Under the pieces are notes generated by a model that worked only from the letters and a program-made list of their open reading frames with translations, did no database searches and was not told where the DNA came from. This document shows positions 52,037 through 61,428 of a stretch of 64,000 nucleotides of DNA, piece by piece. A program made the translations under genes and the position numbers. Each line of letters begins with the position of its first letter. The first letter of the stretch is position 1. The DNA is from Desulfatiglandales bacterium (GTDB lineage Bacteria > Desulfobacterota > DSM-4660 > Desulfatiglandales > Desulfatiglandaceae), in assembly GCA_963662465.1 (NCBI GenBank), contig OY759599.1, positions 6,688,001 to 6,752,000 of the forward strand, in the 5' to 3' direction.

Positions 52037-52373
52037 ACAAATTCTCCTTAATGATTTCTTTTAGGTTTTCTTAAGGTTGGACCTGTCCCGTTTCATGTAT
52101 ATGGGCACAGTTACCATGATAGTGGAGATGTTTAGAAAATATTTTATTCCATTGTCACCTCCTTTCCATTTCAAATTCGTACAGAAATAGAACAAAGATG
52201 CAACCTCATTTTTGTTTACGAAAAAAGCTGTAGAAATTAACAAAAGTAGAGGTGATCCCTATGCCCCCCTAATGAAACAACCCACAATCTTGGGGTTGAC
52301 ATATGCTGAACTGTCGTTCATTACATCTGTTCTCCATACGCCGTTTTGCTGCCTTACTTCTTTTTCGGAGGGG

Positions 52374-52459
52374 GCACAACGACAAGCTCAGCGGCCCCTC
52401 CACCGGCCCCCGCCGGAACCGCCAGACTTCCAGGGGTCCGCTGAAGCGCCTGGTTCGCC
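52374..52459 (-). repeat. attC site 3
   Basis: GGCGAAC-CAGGC-GCTTCAGCGGACCCC...GGGGCCGCTGAGC-TTGTC-GTTGTGC; its R' is complementary to R'' of attC2. Confidence 0.9.
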
Positions 52460-52480
52460 AACCCCGGTTTTCTTAAAAGT

Positions 52481-52693
52481 TCAGCCAGTTGCAGCAATTT
52501 TTTCAGACTGTTCATCTAAAGCTCTGAGCGTTTCTTGGATAGCTATTACTTCCGTCTCATCAAAATAGGTCTCACCGCATTGGCTGCATACCCAAGCAGG
52601 AATTCTATCCATAGTGAGATGGTATCCCTTCCGATCAACATGAAAAGGAGCAATGCCTTTTTCCATCTTTCCTTGACAGTAAATGCAGTTCAT
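52481..52693 (-). CDS. YgiT-type zinc-finger protein (MqsA-like antitoxin)
   Basis: MNCIYC..IPAWVCSQCGETYF. Confidence 0.88.
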   Translation of the reverse strand: MNCIYCQGKMEKGIAPFHVDRKGYHLTMDRIPAWVCSQCGETYFDETEVIAIQETLRALDEQSEKIAATG

Positions 52694-53019
52694 GATCGTT
52701 TCCTCTTTTTGAAATCTGATTCCCATTCGCGGGGATTGGGAATATACGCTGTAATGATGGCCAGGTAATCAGTTTTAGGCGAGCAAACGATGTGTATTGA
52801 GCGACCGTCTACACCCTGCCCCAAAATCAGGCAGCTATGCCCTCGCGAATCCCCCGGATAATCCTCAACCAATTCACCTTGCTCCACTGCCTTTCTAACA
52901 TCAAGGGGACTTATCATTCTGTCCGGTCTGGACATCTGCCGCACAGCATGCGGGAGGTAAATGATCCTCTTCCCCGCACTCTCTCGGGCTGACTTTATGG
53001 TATCAGAAACTTCATTCAT
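52690..53019 (-). CDS. DUF4258-family protein (putative toxin)
   Basis: HAVRQM, EDYPGD..SCLILG, IHIV, ITAYIP..W; 4-nt overlap with the zinc-finger gene. Confidence 0.85.
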   Translation of the reverse strand: MNEVSDTIKSARESAGKRIIYLPHAVRQMSRPDRMISPLDVRKAVEQGELVEDYPGDSRGHSCLILGQGVDGRSIHIVCSPKTDYLAIITAYIPNPREWESDFKKRKRS

Positions 53020-53186
53020 AACAGACTCTCAAGAAATTAGTGGCGCGAGATAAAATCTGGATCCAGTTTTCCAATTTTGATATTAAATTGGGCATCCCAA
53101 TCCTTCTGAGTATAGACTTAAACGTATGCCATTGGGCGATAATGAAGGATGAAAGGATGCAATAATGTCAGCACGCACCATGCTTC

Positions 53187-55100
53187 TCATTTCAATCCTG
53201 CTTTGTGAAGACCCACTGTTAACTGTTTCCGGATAGCCTCATCTTTATAAGATGCAACAAGATGGCTGATACACGCGAAAGAAAAATCTGGATTTATTTC
53301 TATCACTTTCGACACTTCAAAACGAGTGCCGTCTTCGTCTCCCAAAATCGCATAAACAAAAGCAAGAAATATGTGACCATATAAAAATTTTGGTGCAATT
53401 TGAATTGCACTTTCAAACGCAGAAATCGCTTCATCATACCTGCCGAGTCTCGTATAAGCCCTTCCAAGAACGGTAAAATACCAGGGAGGAGGTAAAGGAT
53501 TTAATCGAAGTGCTTTTTTCAGTGATGTTAGTGCTTCATTAAATTGGCCAATTTTGAATAGATAATAGCACCGAATTACGTAAATGTCCGGCCAATTGGG
53601 ATCCATTTTGATGGCCTTATCGAACTGTTCTAAAGCTTTCTCATCCTTTCCCACAAAAGTATAAACAGCGCCCATTGTTTCGTGAGCAAAAGGACAGGAG
53701 TTATTTACGGTTAGAGCTTTTTGGGCGAGTTCAAATGCTTTTCCGATTGATTCCTTCGGAGTTTTACTCACGCACATTCCCACTTCGGCCAAATAGCCCC
53801 AAGCGAGATAGGCATATGCTGCCCCATAGTTTGGATCTAGTTCGATGGCTTCCTGGCATTTTTGCATGGATAATTTGTTTCCCTCCACATCCCCCTGCCA
53901 ACCGTAATACATAGCCTCAATGAACTTTAAATAAGCACCAACATTATTTGTTCCTCTCGCGCAAGGACCTACACCGATGCCACCAATTATCTTGATATGA
54001 AGAGATTGCGATATTTTTAATGCAATTTCATCTTGTAGGTCGAATATATCGTTAATATTGCGGTCATAAGTCTCCGCCCAAAGATGATTGCCATTCTTAG
54101 TATCAATGAACTGGGCCGTCACACGTATCCGATCCCCAGATTTCTGAATGCTTCCTTCAAGTACATAATGAACATTTAGTTGCTGTCCCAATTCTTTAAT
54201 ATTTACGGGCTTGCCCTTAAAGGTAAAGGTCGTGTTACGGGCGGTAACGGAAAGGTCTGGAATTTTGGCAAGTACAGTAATGATATGCTCTGTGAAACCA
54301 TCGCAAAGATATTGTTGTTTTGGATCGCCAACCATATTGGTGAAAGGCAGAACAGCGATAGAATTCTTCTCAGACATTGGGTTCAGCGGTTTTTTCGCCG
54401 AATCAGACGAAATGCTTTTGAGGGGTGATTTAGCGTCTGTTGGAAGTGAGTTTTGGTTTGGATAAAGACGCCAAAATGCAAGAGCAGCTCCGAGGATTAC
54501 AAGAACAACCATCACCACGACTTTTTTTCTCCCCAATTTCAATTTTCTTTCCGGTTCTGCAGCATCCTCGTGATCTAAGGATATCTTGTAAACCTTTATC
54601 GGTTTAGCGATATTCTTTACTGTGTGCTTACCAATAAAATGAAATCCTAATTCCAACTTGTTTTCGATTTGCTCATAACCGCTTCCAGAAATACAGATTC
54701 CACCACCATCAGCCAATGATTCGATCCTAGCAGCAATGTTTACTCCGTCACCGTAAATGCGATCAGCATCTTGAATAACATCGCCAAGGTTTATGCCCAT
54801 TCTGAAAATCATCCTGCGATTTTCAGGCAGTTCCTCATTCTTGTCCTTCAGAGCTTTCTGGATTTCAACCGCACACTGGACAGCATCCACTACACTGGCG
54901 AATTCAGAAAGAATATTGTCACCGGGAGAATCCACCACACGCCCGCTGTGCCTTTGGACGATTGCAGAGAAAATTTCGCGGTATTCAGTAATGGTTTTGA
55001 CCGTGGCAATCTCATCGTCGCCCATGAGGCGACTATAGCCTTGAACATCTGCGCTAAGTATGGCTCTGAGTTTTCTTACAACTCTATTTGGTTCCATCAC
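53187..55100 (-). CDS. Class III adenylate/guanylate cyclase with TolB-like and TPR domains
   Basis: ILSADVQGYS, SPGDN, YGDGVNIAARIE, SIAVLPF, YVLEGS, TPRs. Confidence 0.9.
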   Translation of the reverse strand: MMEPNRVVRKLRAILSADVQGYSRLMGDDEIATVKTITEYREIFSAIVQRHSGRVVDSPGDNILSEFASVVDAVQCAVEIQKALKDKNEELPENRRMIFRMGINLGDVIQDADRIYGDGVNIAARIESLADGGGICISGSGYEQIENKLELGFHFIGKHTVKNIAKPIKVYKISLDHEDAAEPERKLKLGRKKVVVMVVLVILGAALAFWRLYPNQNSLPTDAKSPLKSISSDSAKKPLNPMSEKNSIAVLPFTNMVGDPKQQYLCDGFTEHIITVLAKIPDLSVTARNTTFTFKGKPVNIKELGQQLNVHYVLEGSIQKSGDRIRVTAQFIDTKNGNHLWAETYDRNINDIFDLQDEIALKISQSLHIKIIGGIGVGPCARGTNNVGAYLKFIEAMYYGWQGDVEGNKLSMQKCQEAIELDPNYGAAYAYLAWGYLAEVGMCVSKTPKESIGKAFELAQKALTVNNSCPFAHETMGAVYTFVGKDEKALEQFDKAIKMDPNWPDIYVIRCYYLFKIGQFNEALTSLKKALRLNPLPPPWYFTVLGRAYTRLGRYDEAISAFESAIQIAPKFLYGHIFLAFVYAILGDEDGTRFEVSKVIEINPDFSFACISHLVASYKDEAIRKQLTVGLHKAGLK

Positions 55101-55230
55101 CGGCCTCCAAGATAATTGAGACTGAAAAAAAGACTATGAGCAGGGCTGTACATATGGATTGTATCTATAATACGAAACGAATCTATAAATGCCAAATACC
55201 AAATTTGGGGGTTCTACGTCTTTGAAGGCT

Positions 55231-57353
55231 CTCACGGTAGGAACGCCGGTCACCCAGCGCCCCCCGCACAGTCCCGGACGTGCGGTTTTCCCGCATCCGG
55301 TTCCTCGGTTGTACTCGCTTTCGCGCAAAGCATCAGCATTAGCAAAACACCTTTCGTGGCCGGGGTGCCGTCGGTAGCTTCGGTTTGGCGATCCCCAGGC
55401 GATTTATGGCCCGGTTGAAAGCCTTCCAGGTGAAACTTCTCCGCTTACCCCCTCTTCGGTTCAGCCACTTAAACGCACAATCACTCGCCCATCGGTAAAA
55501 ACGCCATAACGAATTGGCGTTCCCCACCACGCTGTAATAGTTGTAATGTCCGCGCAGTTTGCGGTTGAGCGTCTTTATGAACGCAATCCCCTTCAAATGT
55601 CGGTTTTCCTTCACCCATTCCTTGATGCGCCTGCAGGCACCCTGCAGCTTTTTACGGCCGGTGCGCTGCATGACTCTCACCTTTCCCTGTTTGTCATAGG
55701 TCCAGTAGGTCTCAAAACCCAAAAAGACAATCCGCCTGCGCATGCTCGGATCAAAACGACTGAATCGCATCATGGCGGTTTTATCAGGCGCTACACTGAG
55801 GCCAAACTTCAAAAGCCTTTCGGGCAGCACGTGGAAAAACCCTTTTGCCTCTTTTTTGTACTGAAAAGCACAGACAAAATCATCTGCGTACCGAATGATC
55901 ATGGCGGCCCCTTTACAGTGGGGCTTCACCACCTTTTCAAACCATAAGTCAAGGGCAAAATGCAGGTAGACATTGGCCAAAACCGGCGATACAATCCCCC
56001 CTTGGGGAGTACCGCTGTCCGGATGGATAATTTTGCCATCCGTATCCAGAATGCCGGCTTTAAGCCATTTTTGGATCAGATTTAAAAACGGCGCATCATC
56101 AACTCTTTCCATGAGCATTCGCATCAGCCAATCATGGTCCATATGGTCGAAAAAGCCTTTGATATCGGCCTCGACGACATATCCATATGATCCAAACTGA
56201 AGTTCAAAACGCAAATCATTGACAGCGTCTTTTGCGCTTCGGTTGGGCCTGTAACCATAGCTGACATTCAGAAAGTCAGCTTCGAATATGGCTGTCAGGA
56301 GTTTGGCACATGCCAATTGCACCAACCGGTCTTCAAGGGCCGGAATGCCCAAGGGGCGTTGTTTGCCGTTTTCTTTGGGGATGTAACTTCTGCGTACCAG
56401 TTTGGCACGGTAACGTCTGGTTTTCAATCGCTCCGCCAATGACGCGATATTGGCCTCAAGATTTCCTTCGTAGGCCTCGGCCGTCACTTTGTCCACACCA
56501 CTGGCTGCATCCTTATTCAGGTCTTTCCAGCAGGCACGGAGAAACGGCGCGTTCAGACACCGGTAAAGGTCTTGAAAGCGGTGTTTTCCATCAACTTTTG
56601 CCTTAATGGCTATTCCCTGCAGTGAGGTTGGCTCGTATTGTTCCAGCCCTACATTGTCCGGTGCGAGTTTCCTTTGCAGACTGCGTACTTCCGTCAGGTC
56701 CTTCCCCATGTGGTGGGCTTTCCCCACCGCTGAGTAGTATGCCTGATAAGACACCCCATTGGCGTATAGAGGGCCATCGGAGGTCCGATTTTCCTCCCAC
56801 CCGGTTGTTCCTTTCAGCATTTCGGCTGTGTAGTGAACCACTGTTACTTTACCTCACCGTCAGTGTGAAATAAACTCCCTGGAGCCTTTGGGGCTTCCCG
56901 AGTTCTACGGCGCATCTCTTCCTGCATGCCACGGCCTGAGGACTCCGGCGGACCTCCACATCCTCGCCATAAACGGATGCTTCCGTGTTGCCTTCGGTGA
57001 ACGTTCAAACCCTCGGCGTCCGCAATTGCTATTTCGAAGCTGTACCAGCACTTCAGGGTGCGCGATCACCCCTGCGGCCTACAGGATACTCTGCCTACGC
57101 TTAACCCATCTTGTTCGCTGCTTCCACCGTTAGGTGGGGTGAGTCCATCCGCCTATTTGCTCATCCCTGAGCGCGGCTCGTTTCCAACCAGCATATGAAT
57201 GCCGATGTCCTACACCTGACAGACTGAACAACTCCGCCATGGGTCCAAGGCTCGATACGGGTGGGTGGCTAACCCTTACAGAAAGCCATTACTGATTTTC
57301 CTCCCGACAGGGACTTTCACCCTGCAAGATACGCCGAGCTTTCCTCGGCGCGA
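55231..57353 (-). mobile_element. Complete group II intron with RT/maturase, inserted after GTTC of attC4
   Basis: 5' TCGCGCCGAGGAAAGCTCGGCG..GGTGAAAGTCCC; DV GAACCGGATGCGGGAAAACCGCACGTCCGG; DVI ending CCTACCGTGAG; boundaries good to about 1-2 nt. Confidence 0.88.
55339..56841 (-). CDS. ltrA: Group II intron reverse transcriptase/maturase without endonuclease domain; true start uncertain, probably near 56630
   Basis: RPLGIP, ADIKGFFD, PQGGIVSPVLAN, RYADDF, LRGHYNYY. Confidence 0.93.
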   Translation of the reverse strand: MVHYTAEMLKGTTGWEENRTSDGPLYANGVSYQAYYSAVGKAHHMGKDLTEVRSLQRKLAPDNVGLEQYEPTSLQGIAIKAKVDGKHRFQDLYRCLNAPFLRACWKDLNKDAASGVDKVTAEAYEGNLEANIASLAERLKTRRYRAKLVRRSYIPKENGKQRPLGIPALEDRLVQLACAKLLTAIFEADFLNVSYGYRPNRSAKDAVNDLRFELQFGSYGYVVEADIKGFFDHMDHDWLMRMLMERVDDAPFLNLIQKWLKAGILDTDGKIIHPDSGTPQGGIVSPVLANVYLHFALDLWFEKVVKPHCKGAAMIIRYADDFVCAFQYKKEAKGFFHVLPERLLKFGLSVAPDKTAMMRFSRFDPSMRRRIVFLGFETYWTYDKQGKVRVMQRTGRKKLQGACRRIKEWVKENRHLKGIAFIKTLNRKLRGHYNYYSVVGNANSLWRFYRWASDCAFKWLNRRGGKRRSFTWKAFNRAINRLGIAKPKLPTAPRPRKVFC

Positions 57354-57482
57354 GAACGTTTTAGTTAACAGGCGAACGGGCAAGAAAGAAATATGCGACC
57401 AATCCACCCGGAAGCGTGATACGGAAAAATCAATTTCAATTTGCTCCAATGACCAGTTTGCCTGTTCAACGGCTGGTTGGAC
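57351..57482 (-). repeat. attC site 4 (longer, unrelated central region)
   Basis: GTCCAAC-CAGCC-GTTGAACAGGCAAAC...GTTCGCCTGTTAAC-TAAAAC-GTTC, canonical 5/6-nt spacers. Confidence 0.85.
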
Positions 57483-57742
57483 AGACCCGCGGGTCACACG
57501 CACATAGGTTAATGGGAGCAGGATCGCCGCTATGGAGATTAAACGATCTTTGCAGCTACCGCATGACTTCTTTTTGACCCATCATTCCGGCCTAAGCCAG
57601 TTAAAAATGATAAAATTTCTTTTTTTGATCGCATGGTCCCGCTAAAAATGCCAAAATATCGTGTTATTAGGCAGTTTACCAAACACCTCGACATCAAAAA
57701 CCTTTCACTCGACTAAAGACCTTTCGACTGCGCATGCTTAAT

Positions 57743-58918
57743 CTATGCTGCTTGGGCGTGTATCATGTCCTGGACTTTATTGAACCTCGGAAGCTCTCTT
57801 AACTTTTTGACCGGCGTCAATATTTCCAGAGTTATGAGGCGTTTCCCGCAAACAGGGCAACAATCCGGTCGCTCGTCGCTTCGCTGTTGCCAGAGACTCT
57901 GCCAATCCAGGAATCCCAGACTTTCAAGAGGCGGTTGACCCAGTATTTCCCGGCAGAGTGCCAGTTCTTCTTTTGAGCTGTGATGATAGAGTTCGTATGA
58001 ACGCACCATCACGGTATTTGCTAGGGGGACGTGTTGCAGATAGCGGCTGATAAAGGTTTGAATCGGCAGGGAGATGAGTTTTACCTTCTCACGACCGTAA
58101 TTGAAGGTCACGTTCCCGTTTTCAATGCTGTAGATGCGTTTGTTTGAAATTGCTCCGCCTCTCAAGTAACGCGCCAGGTAAATCAACACGCCTTCACCGT
58201 ATGAATAGGTCTCTTTGAGCTTGACGTTCCATTTTTTGCGGCGGCCCAGTTTATTGAAGAGGTTCCGGGCCTGCTGAGGCCCCATACCCTCGGGCAGAAC
58301 CAGTTCGTTCCGATCCAGGGCTTTTCTCAAATAGTAGAGGTACTTGCCTCGAAATACCGCCCGGACGATGCCAAAGGGCAAAAGGAATTTTTTTGATGAA
58401 GCGATCCACTCGCCGGCGATCAGCCCACCGGCCGTTACCAGACAATGCAGATGCGGATGAAAGTCCAGTTTTCGGCTCCAGGTATGCAGTGAGGCGATGA
58501 TGCCGACTTTGCCCCCCAAATGCTTCGGATCTCCAAGGAGTTCGGAAAGGGTTTCAGTGGCGCTTTTGAACAGCAGATTGCCCATAAGCTTGCGGTTCAA
58601 CCGCCATAAGTCGTGCAATTCATCGGAGATGGTGAAAATAACATGGAAATGTTCGGTGTTTAAGATGCGAGCCTTTTGTTTTGCCAGCCAACGTTCCACC
58701 TGGGTAAAAGCGCAGAGGGGGCACATGCGATGTTTACACGAGTTGTACCAGTGCCTTTTGAAGTGACCGTCCGGGCACGCCTGCACGTGACCCCCCAGAG
58801 CAGATGTGCGGCAACTCATCAGACGGTGTGCCGCTTCACGAATATGTTCCGGAAGAAGATGGGTCTGATCATAGAGGGCATAGCCTATAAGAAAGATGCT
58901 CTGAATCGTCGCTTCCAC
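57743..58918 (-). CDS. IS91-family (HUH, Y2) transposase carried as a cassette
   Basis: CRTSALGGH..YNSCKHRMCPLC, HFHVIFT, HTW..HPHLHC, YLARY; AAGGAGG RBS before GTG. Confidence 0.92.
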   Translation of the reverse strand: MEATIQSIFLIGYALYDQTHLLPEHIREAAHRLMSCRTSALGGHVQACPDGHFKRHWYNSCKHRMCPLCAFTQVERWLAKQKARILNTEHFHVIFTISDELHDLWRLNRKLMGNLLFKSATETLSELLGDPKHLGGKVGIIASLHTWSRKLDFHPHLHCLVTAGGLIAGEWIASSKKFLLPFGIVRAVFRGKYLYYLRKALDRNELVLPEGMGPQQARNLFNKLGRRKKWNVKLKETYSYGEGVLIYLARYLRGGAISNKRIYSIENGNVTFNYGREKVKLISLPIQTFISRYLQHVPLANTVMVRSYELYHHSSKEELALCREILGQPPLESLGFLDWQSLWQQRSDERPDCCPVCGKRLITLEILTPVKKLRELPRFNKVQDMIHAQAA

Positions 58919-58978
58919 TGAAACCTCCTTTATTTACTGGGAGTTACGACGTTAGTTCCCCCGCTGTCCAGCGGGTCT

Positions 58979-59064
58979 GTCCAACGACAAGCTCAGCGGT
59001 CCCTCCACCGGCCCCCGCCAGAACCGCAAGACTTCCAGGGGTCCGCTGAAGCGTTTGGTTGGCG
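58979..59064 (-). repeat. attC site 5
   Basis: CGCCAAC-CAAAC-GCTTCAGCGGACCCC...GGGACCGCTGAGC-TTGTC-GTTGGAC. Confidence 0.9.
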
Positions 59065-59239
59065 CTCATAAACCTATCTAAACGCACGATATTGATAAAT
59101 AAACAGCCAGCACCTGATTGCATAAATGCCTTCTTACTTTGATGTCACGCAAGTAAAAGGTTGTTGGGTTCCCCAAAGTGTCATTGGGCAACTGGAACTT
59201 CGAAACCCCTGCCTAAAAATAATTCATATTCCTTATTCA

Positions 59240-59761
59240 TCAGAATTGCAGTGAATTTATATATTCATGTGCCTCTTTTAAACTCATTCCTGTTGCTATG
59301 TGCATAAACTTAATTGCAGCAACCTTTCTATCAGCAGCGAGAAGTTCACGACTTTTTGCATCTAAATCTTCTTTCGAAAGTCTTTCAGAGGAGTCTTCAC
59401 CTAATATATTATTTATCGAATTTTCTTTATCCTGTTTGTCAATATAATCCTTTGCTTCTTGCAAACTCATTGTCGTGTTTTGATGCATAAACGCAATTGC
59501 ATCAATTTTTTTTTCTTGTACGCCAAATTGGCGGGCTTTGTTTGAGATGTTTTTTTGTAGCATTCCATGATTTGGTTGGCTTGTAATATCTGCATTCTTT
59601 CTGTCTGGTATACTTTCATTCGCAGGTAAGGTAGATTGATGTAATTGTTCTGCGTATTCTTTGGCGCGTTTTAATCCCCAGCCGGTTTCTGATATTATTA
59701 ACTTGATGGCTTGAATTTTTTTGTCTTCAGACAATAAAGATCTTATTTTCTTATCATCCAT
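59240..59761 (-). CDS. Protein with three ribosomal L7/L12 C-terminal-like repeats
   Basis: KIQAIK..TGWGLKRAKEY / KIDAIA..TTMSLQEAKDY / KVAAIK..TGMSLKEAHEY. Confidence 0.75.
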   Translation of the reverse strand: MDDKKIRSLLSEDKKIQAIKLIISETGWGLKRAKEYAEQLHQSTLPANESIPDRKNADITSQPNHGMLQKNISNKARQFGVQEKKIDAIAFMHQNTTMSLQEAKDYIDKQDKENSINNILGEDSSERLSKEDLDAKSRELLAADRKVAAIKFMHIATGMSLKEAHEYINSLQF

Positions 59762-59958
59762 TTTAATGTTCCTTCCAAGGGAAAGGGAATATGTAAATGG
59801 CCTTTTGGCTCTGAATTTGCCAACCATTTAATATAGAGGTCTTCCTTAGCAAGGTTTCCGGATACTTCCCATTGTCCTAAAATTTCCTTCATTGCCTTTC
59901 GTTGGTGATGTGACTGAGGGTCCATGGTTATGCCATTTTGATGGTCCTTAGAACGACA

Positions 59959-60246
59959 TTATCGAATTTCAGCTTTAAAATCCTTCAACAATCTTTCCGC
60001 CTTCTCCTTACCGTAATTCCTTACCATTTCATCCCATACAGGTGAATTCCGAATTCGCTTTTGATATTCTTTTGTCATTTGTTTTAATTGTTCTGAAGAA
60101 GGAGCAGAGCTCGGTGAAACAAAATGGATTCCATCATCGTCGGCCCAGGAAATCGACTGATTCAAGGACTGTTTGTGAAGACAACATTTTTTGTATTTTT
60201 GCCCGCTTCCGCATGGACAGGGGTCATTCCTTCTAATTTTTTTCAT
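59959..60246 (-). CDS. SEC-C motif small protein
   Basis: [17 protein letters not shown]. Confidence 0.85.
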   Translation of the reverse strand: MKKIRRNDPCPCGSGQKYKKCCLHKQSLNQSISWADDDGIHFVSPSSAPSSEQLKQMTKEYQKRIRNSPVWDEMVRNYGKEKAERLLKDFKAEIR

Positions 60247-60338
60247 TTATCATCACCCTATTCTCCTATGGGTATGGTAGTTGATGTTACCCATCAACTT
60301 GGAGCTCTCTTTTTCGTAGATACCACAGATGTCCTCCT

Positions 60339-60386
60339 GCCGGGTAGCCGGGGGATGTTGCCATCCCCGAGCCCCCTCAGAACCAC
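60339..60386 (-). mobile_element. 3' end (end of DV plus DVI) of the group II intron split by the recombinase element
   Basis: Minus strand GTGGTTCTGAGGGGGCTCGGGGATGGCAACATCCCCCGGCTACCCGGC. Confidence 0.85.
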
Positions 60387-60775
60387 TATATAATGCCCAT
60401 CAAAACCAGTTTATAACTTGGGTATATTACCCATTTCACCCAAGAACCGGTGAAGAAATTTATGTGGTAGGTACCAGAAACCATCGTGGAGAAACTTGTT
60501 TTGTAACAAAGAAACCTGATGGTCGCCATGAATTGATACCTGCGTGGATGACCAATCCAAAGTATGAAAAGATATCCCTCGGCTCAAAACCCGCTATCGA
60601 AATCAGGGCGCTTAAGAATTTATATTGCTTAATAGTGAATAGAAAAATACCGTTTCCTCCTGATGAAGTCAATTCGAAAACAAGGAGGAAAGATGACGAA
60701 ACAAAAATATCATCAACTTCGGCTTTGGGATTATTTACCATCACCGATCGAAATTCCAATAGAAACACGAAATAG
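60387..60775 (+). CDS. Headless accessory ORF of the LSR element (resembles Y4bD/DUF5372-type proteins)
   Basis: YNAH..YPFHP.TG....IPAWMT motif; the natural RBS+ATG appear to lie at 63516-63531; family assignment is from memory of the motif. Confidence 0.7.
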
Positions 60776-60854
60776 ATTGATTGATTTCCTTGCAGAGCTT
60801 CTGTCAGGTTTCTGGCAAAATTCTGAGGGTAACAGAAATAGAAAAGAGAAGTAG
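60693..60854 (+). CDS. Small accessory ORF (MTKQKYHQLRLW...LAELL)
   Basis: AAGGAGG RBS; lies upstream of the LSR. Confidence 0.6.
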   Translation: MTKQKYHQLRLWDYLPSPIEIPIETRNRLIDFLAELLSGFWQNSEGNRNRKEK

Positions 60855-61053
60855 TTTCACTAACGTAAAATCGCGGTCTGATATTGGAAGCAGTCAAGAG
60901 ACTGGAGTTGTTGAAGCAAGCAGCTTAATCCGACTCAGAAAAATCGTAACTATAAATCATAAATAGCTTATTTTCCGATAGAAATAGGTGTTTAATTGAA
61001 AAACGTACGCGGTATTCAAAAATATTGGACGAATTTGAAGGTGAAAAGGAGCG

Positions 61054-61260
61054 ATGAAAATGAGAGGTGGGAGTCGAAAAGGCGCTGGTCGAAAAAGGAG
61101 TCCTGAACATCTGAGGCGTATCCCCGTCACGATTCGGTTACGGAAGTGGATGGTTTCACAGATCAAAATGAAAGGCGAGATAGGGTATTTGATTGAACTC
61201 GAATTAGCGACGAAAAAGGGTTTTCTCGACTTACCAGATGATTATCTGGTCGGAAGCTGA
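61054..61260 (+). CDS. Small basic putative DNA-binding protein
   Basis: AAGGAG RBS; GGSRKGAGRK motif then VTIRL. Confidence 0.6.
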   Translation: MKMRGGSRKGAGRKRSPEHLRRIPVTIRLRKWMVSQIKMKGEIGYLIELELATKKGFLDLPDDYLVGS

Positions 61261-61428
61261 CTAAGGTGCGGTTATGGTCGCTCTTTTAATGGATATTTCG
61301 GCAGGAGCCACCGGAGCCTTCTATGACCTCGTCGCAGCTTACAATTACTCATATGGGGGTCAAAATTCGGTTGTCGCAAGAGGTCAATTTTCGGTTGACA
61401 TTTCGAGAAAAGAAAGGTGGAAATGAGC

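Noticed and set aside
55339..56841. RT as a retron, DGR or defence RT
   Set aside because: It has a maturase domain, is followed by DV/DVI, and is preceded by an intron 5' structure
46663..59064. Repeated ~80-bp GC-rich units as a CRISPR array
   Set aside because: They are kb apart with whole genes between, have attC architecture, and no cas genes are present
59959..60246. Cassette SEC-C gene derived from the map N-terminus (near 37100)
   Set aside because: Similarity is confined to the highly conserved SEC-C motif, and the codons differ
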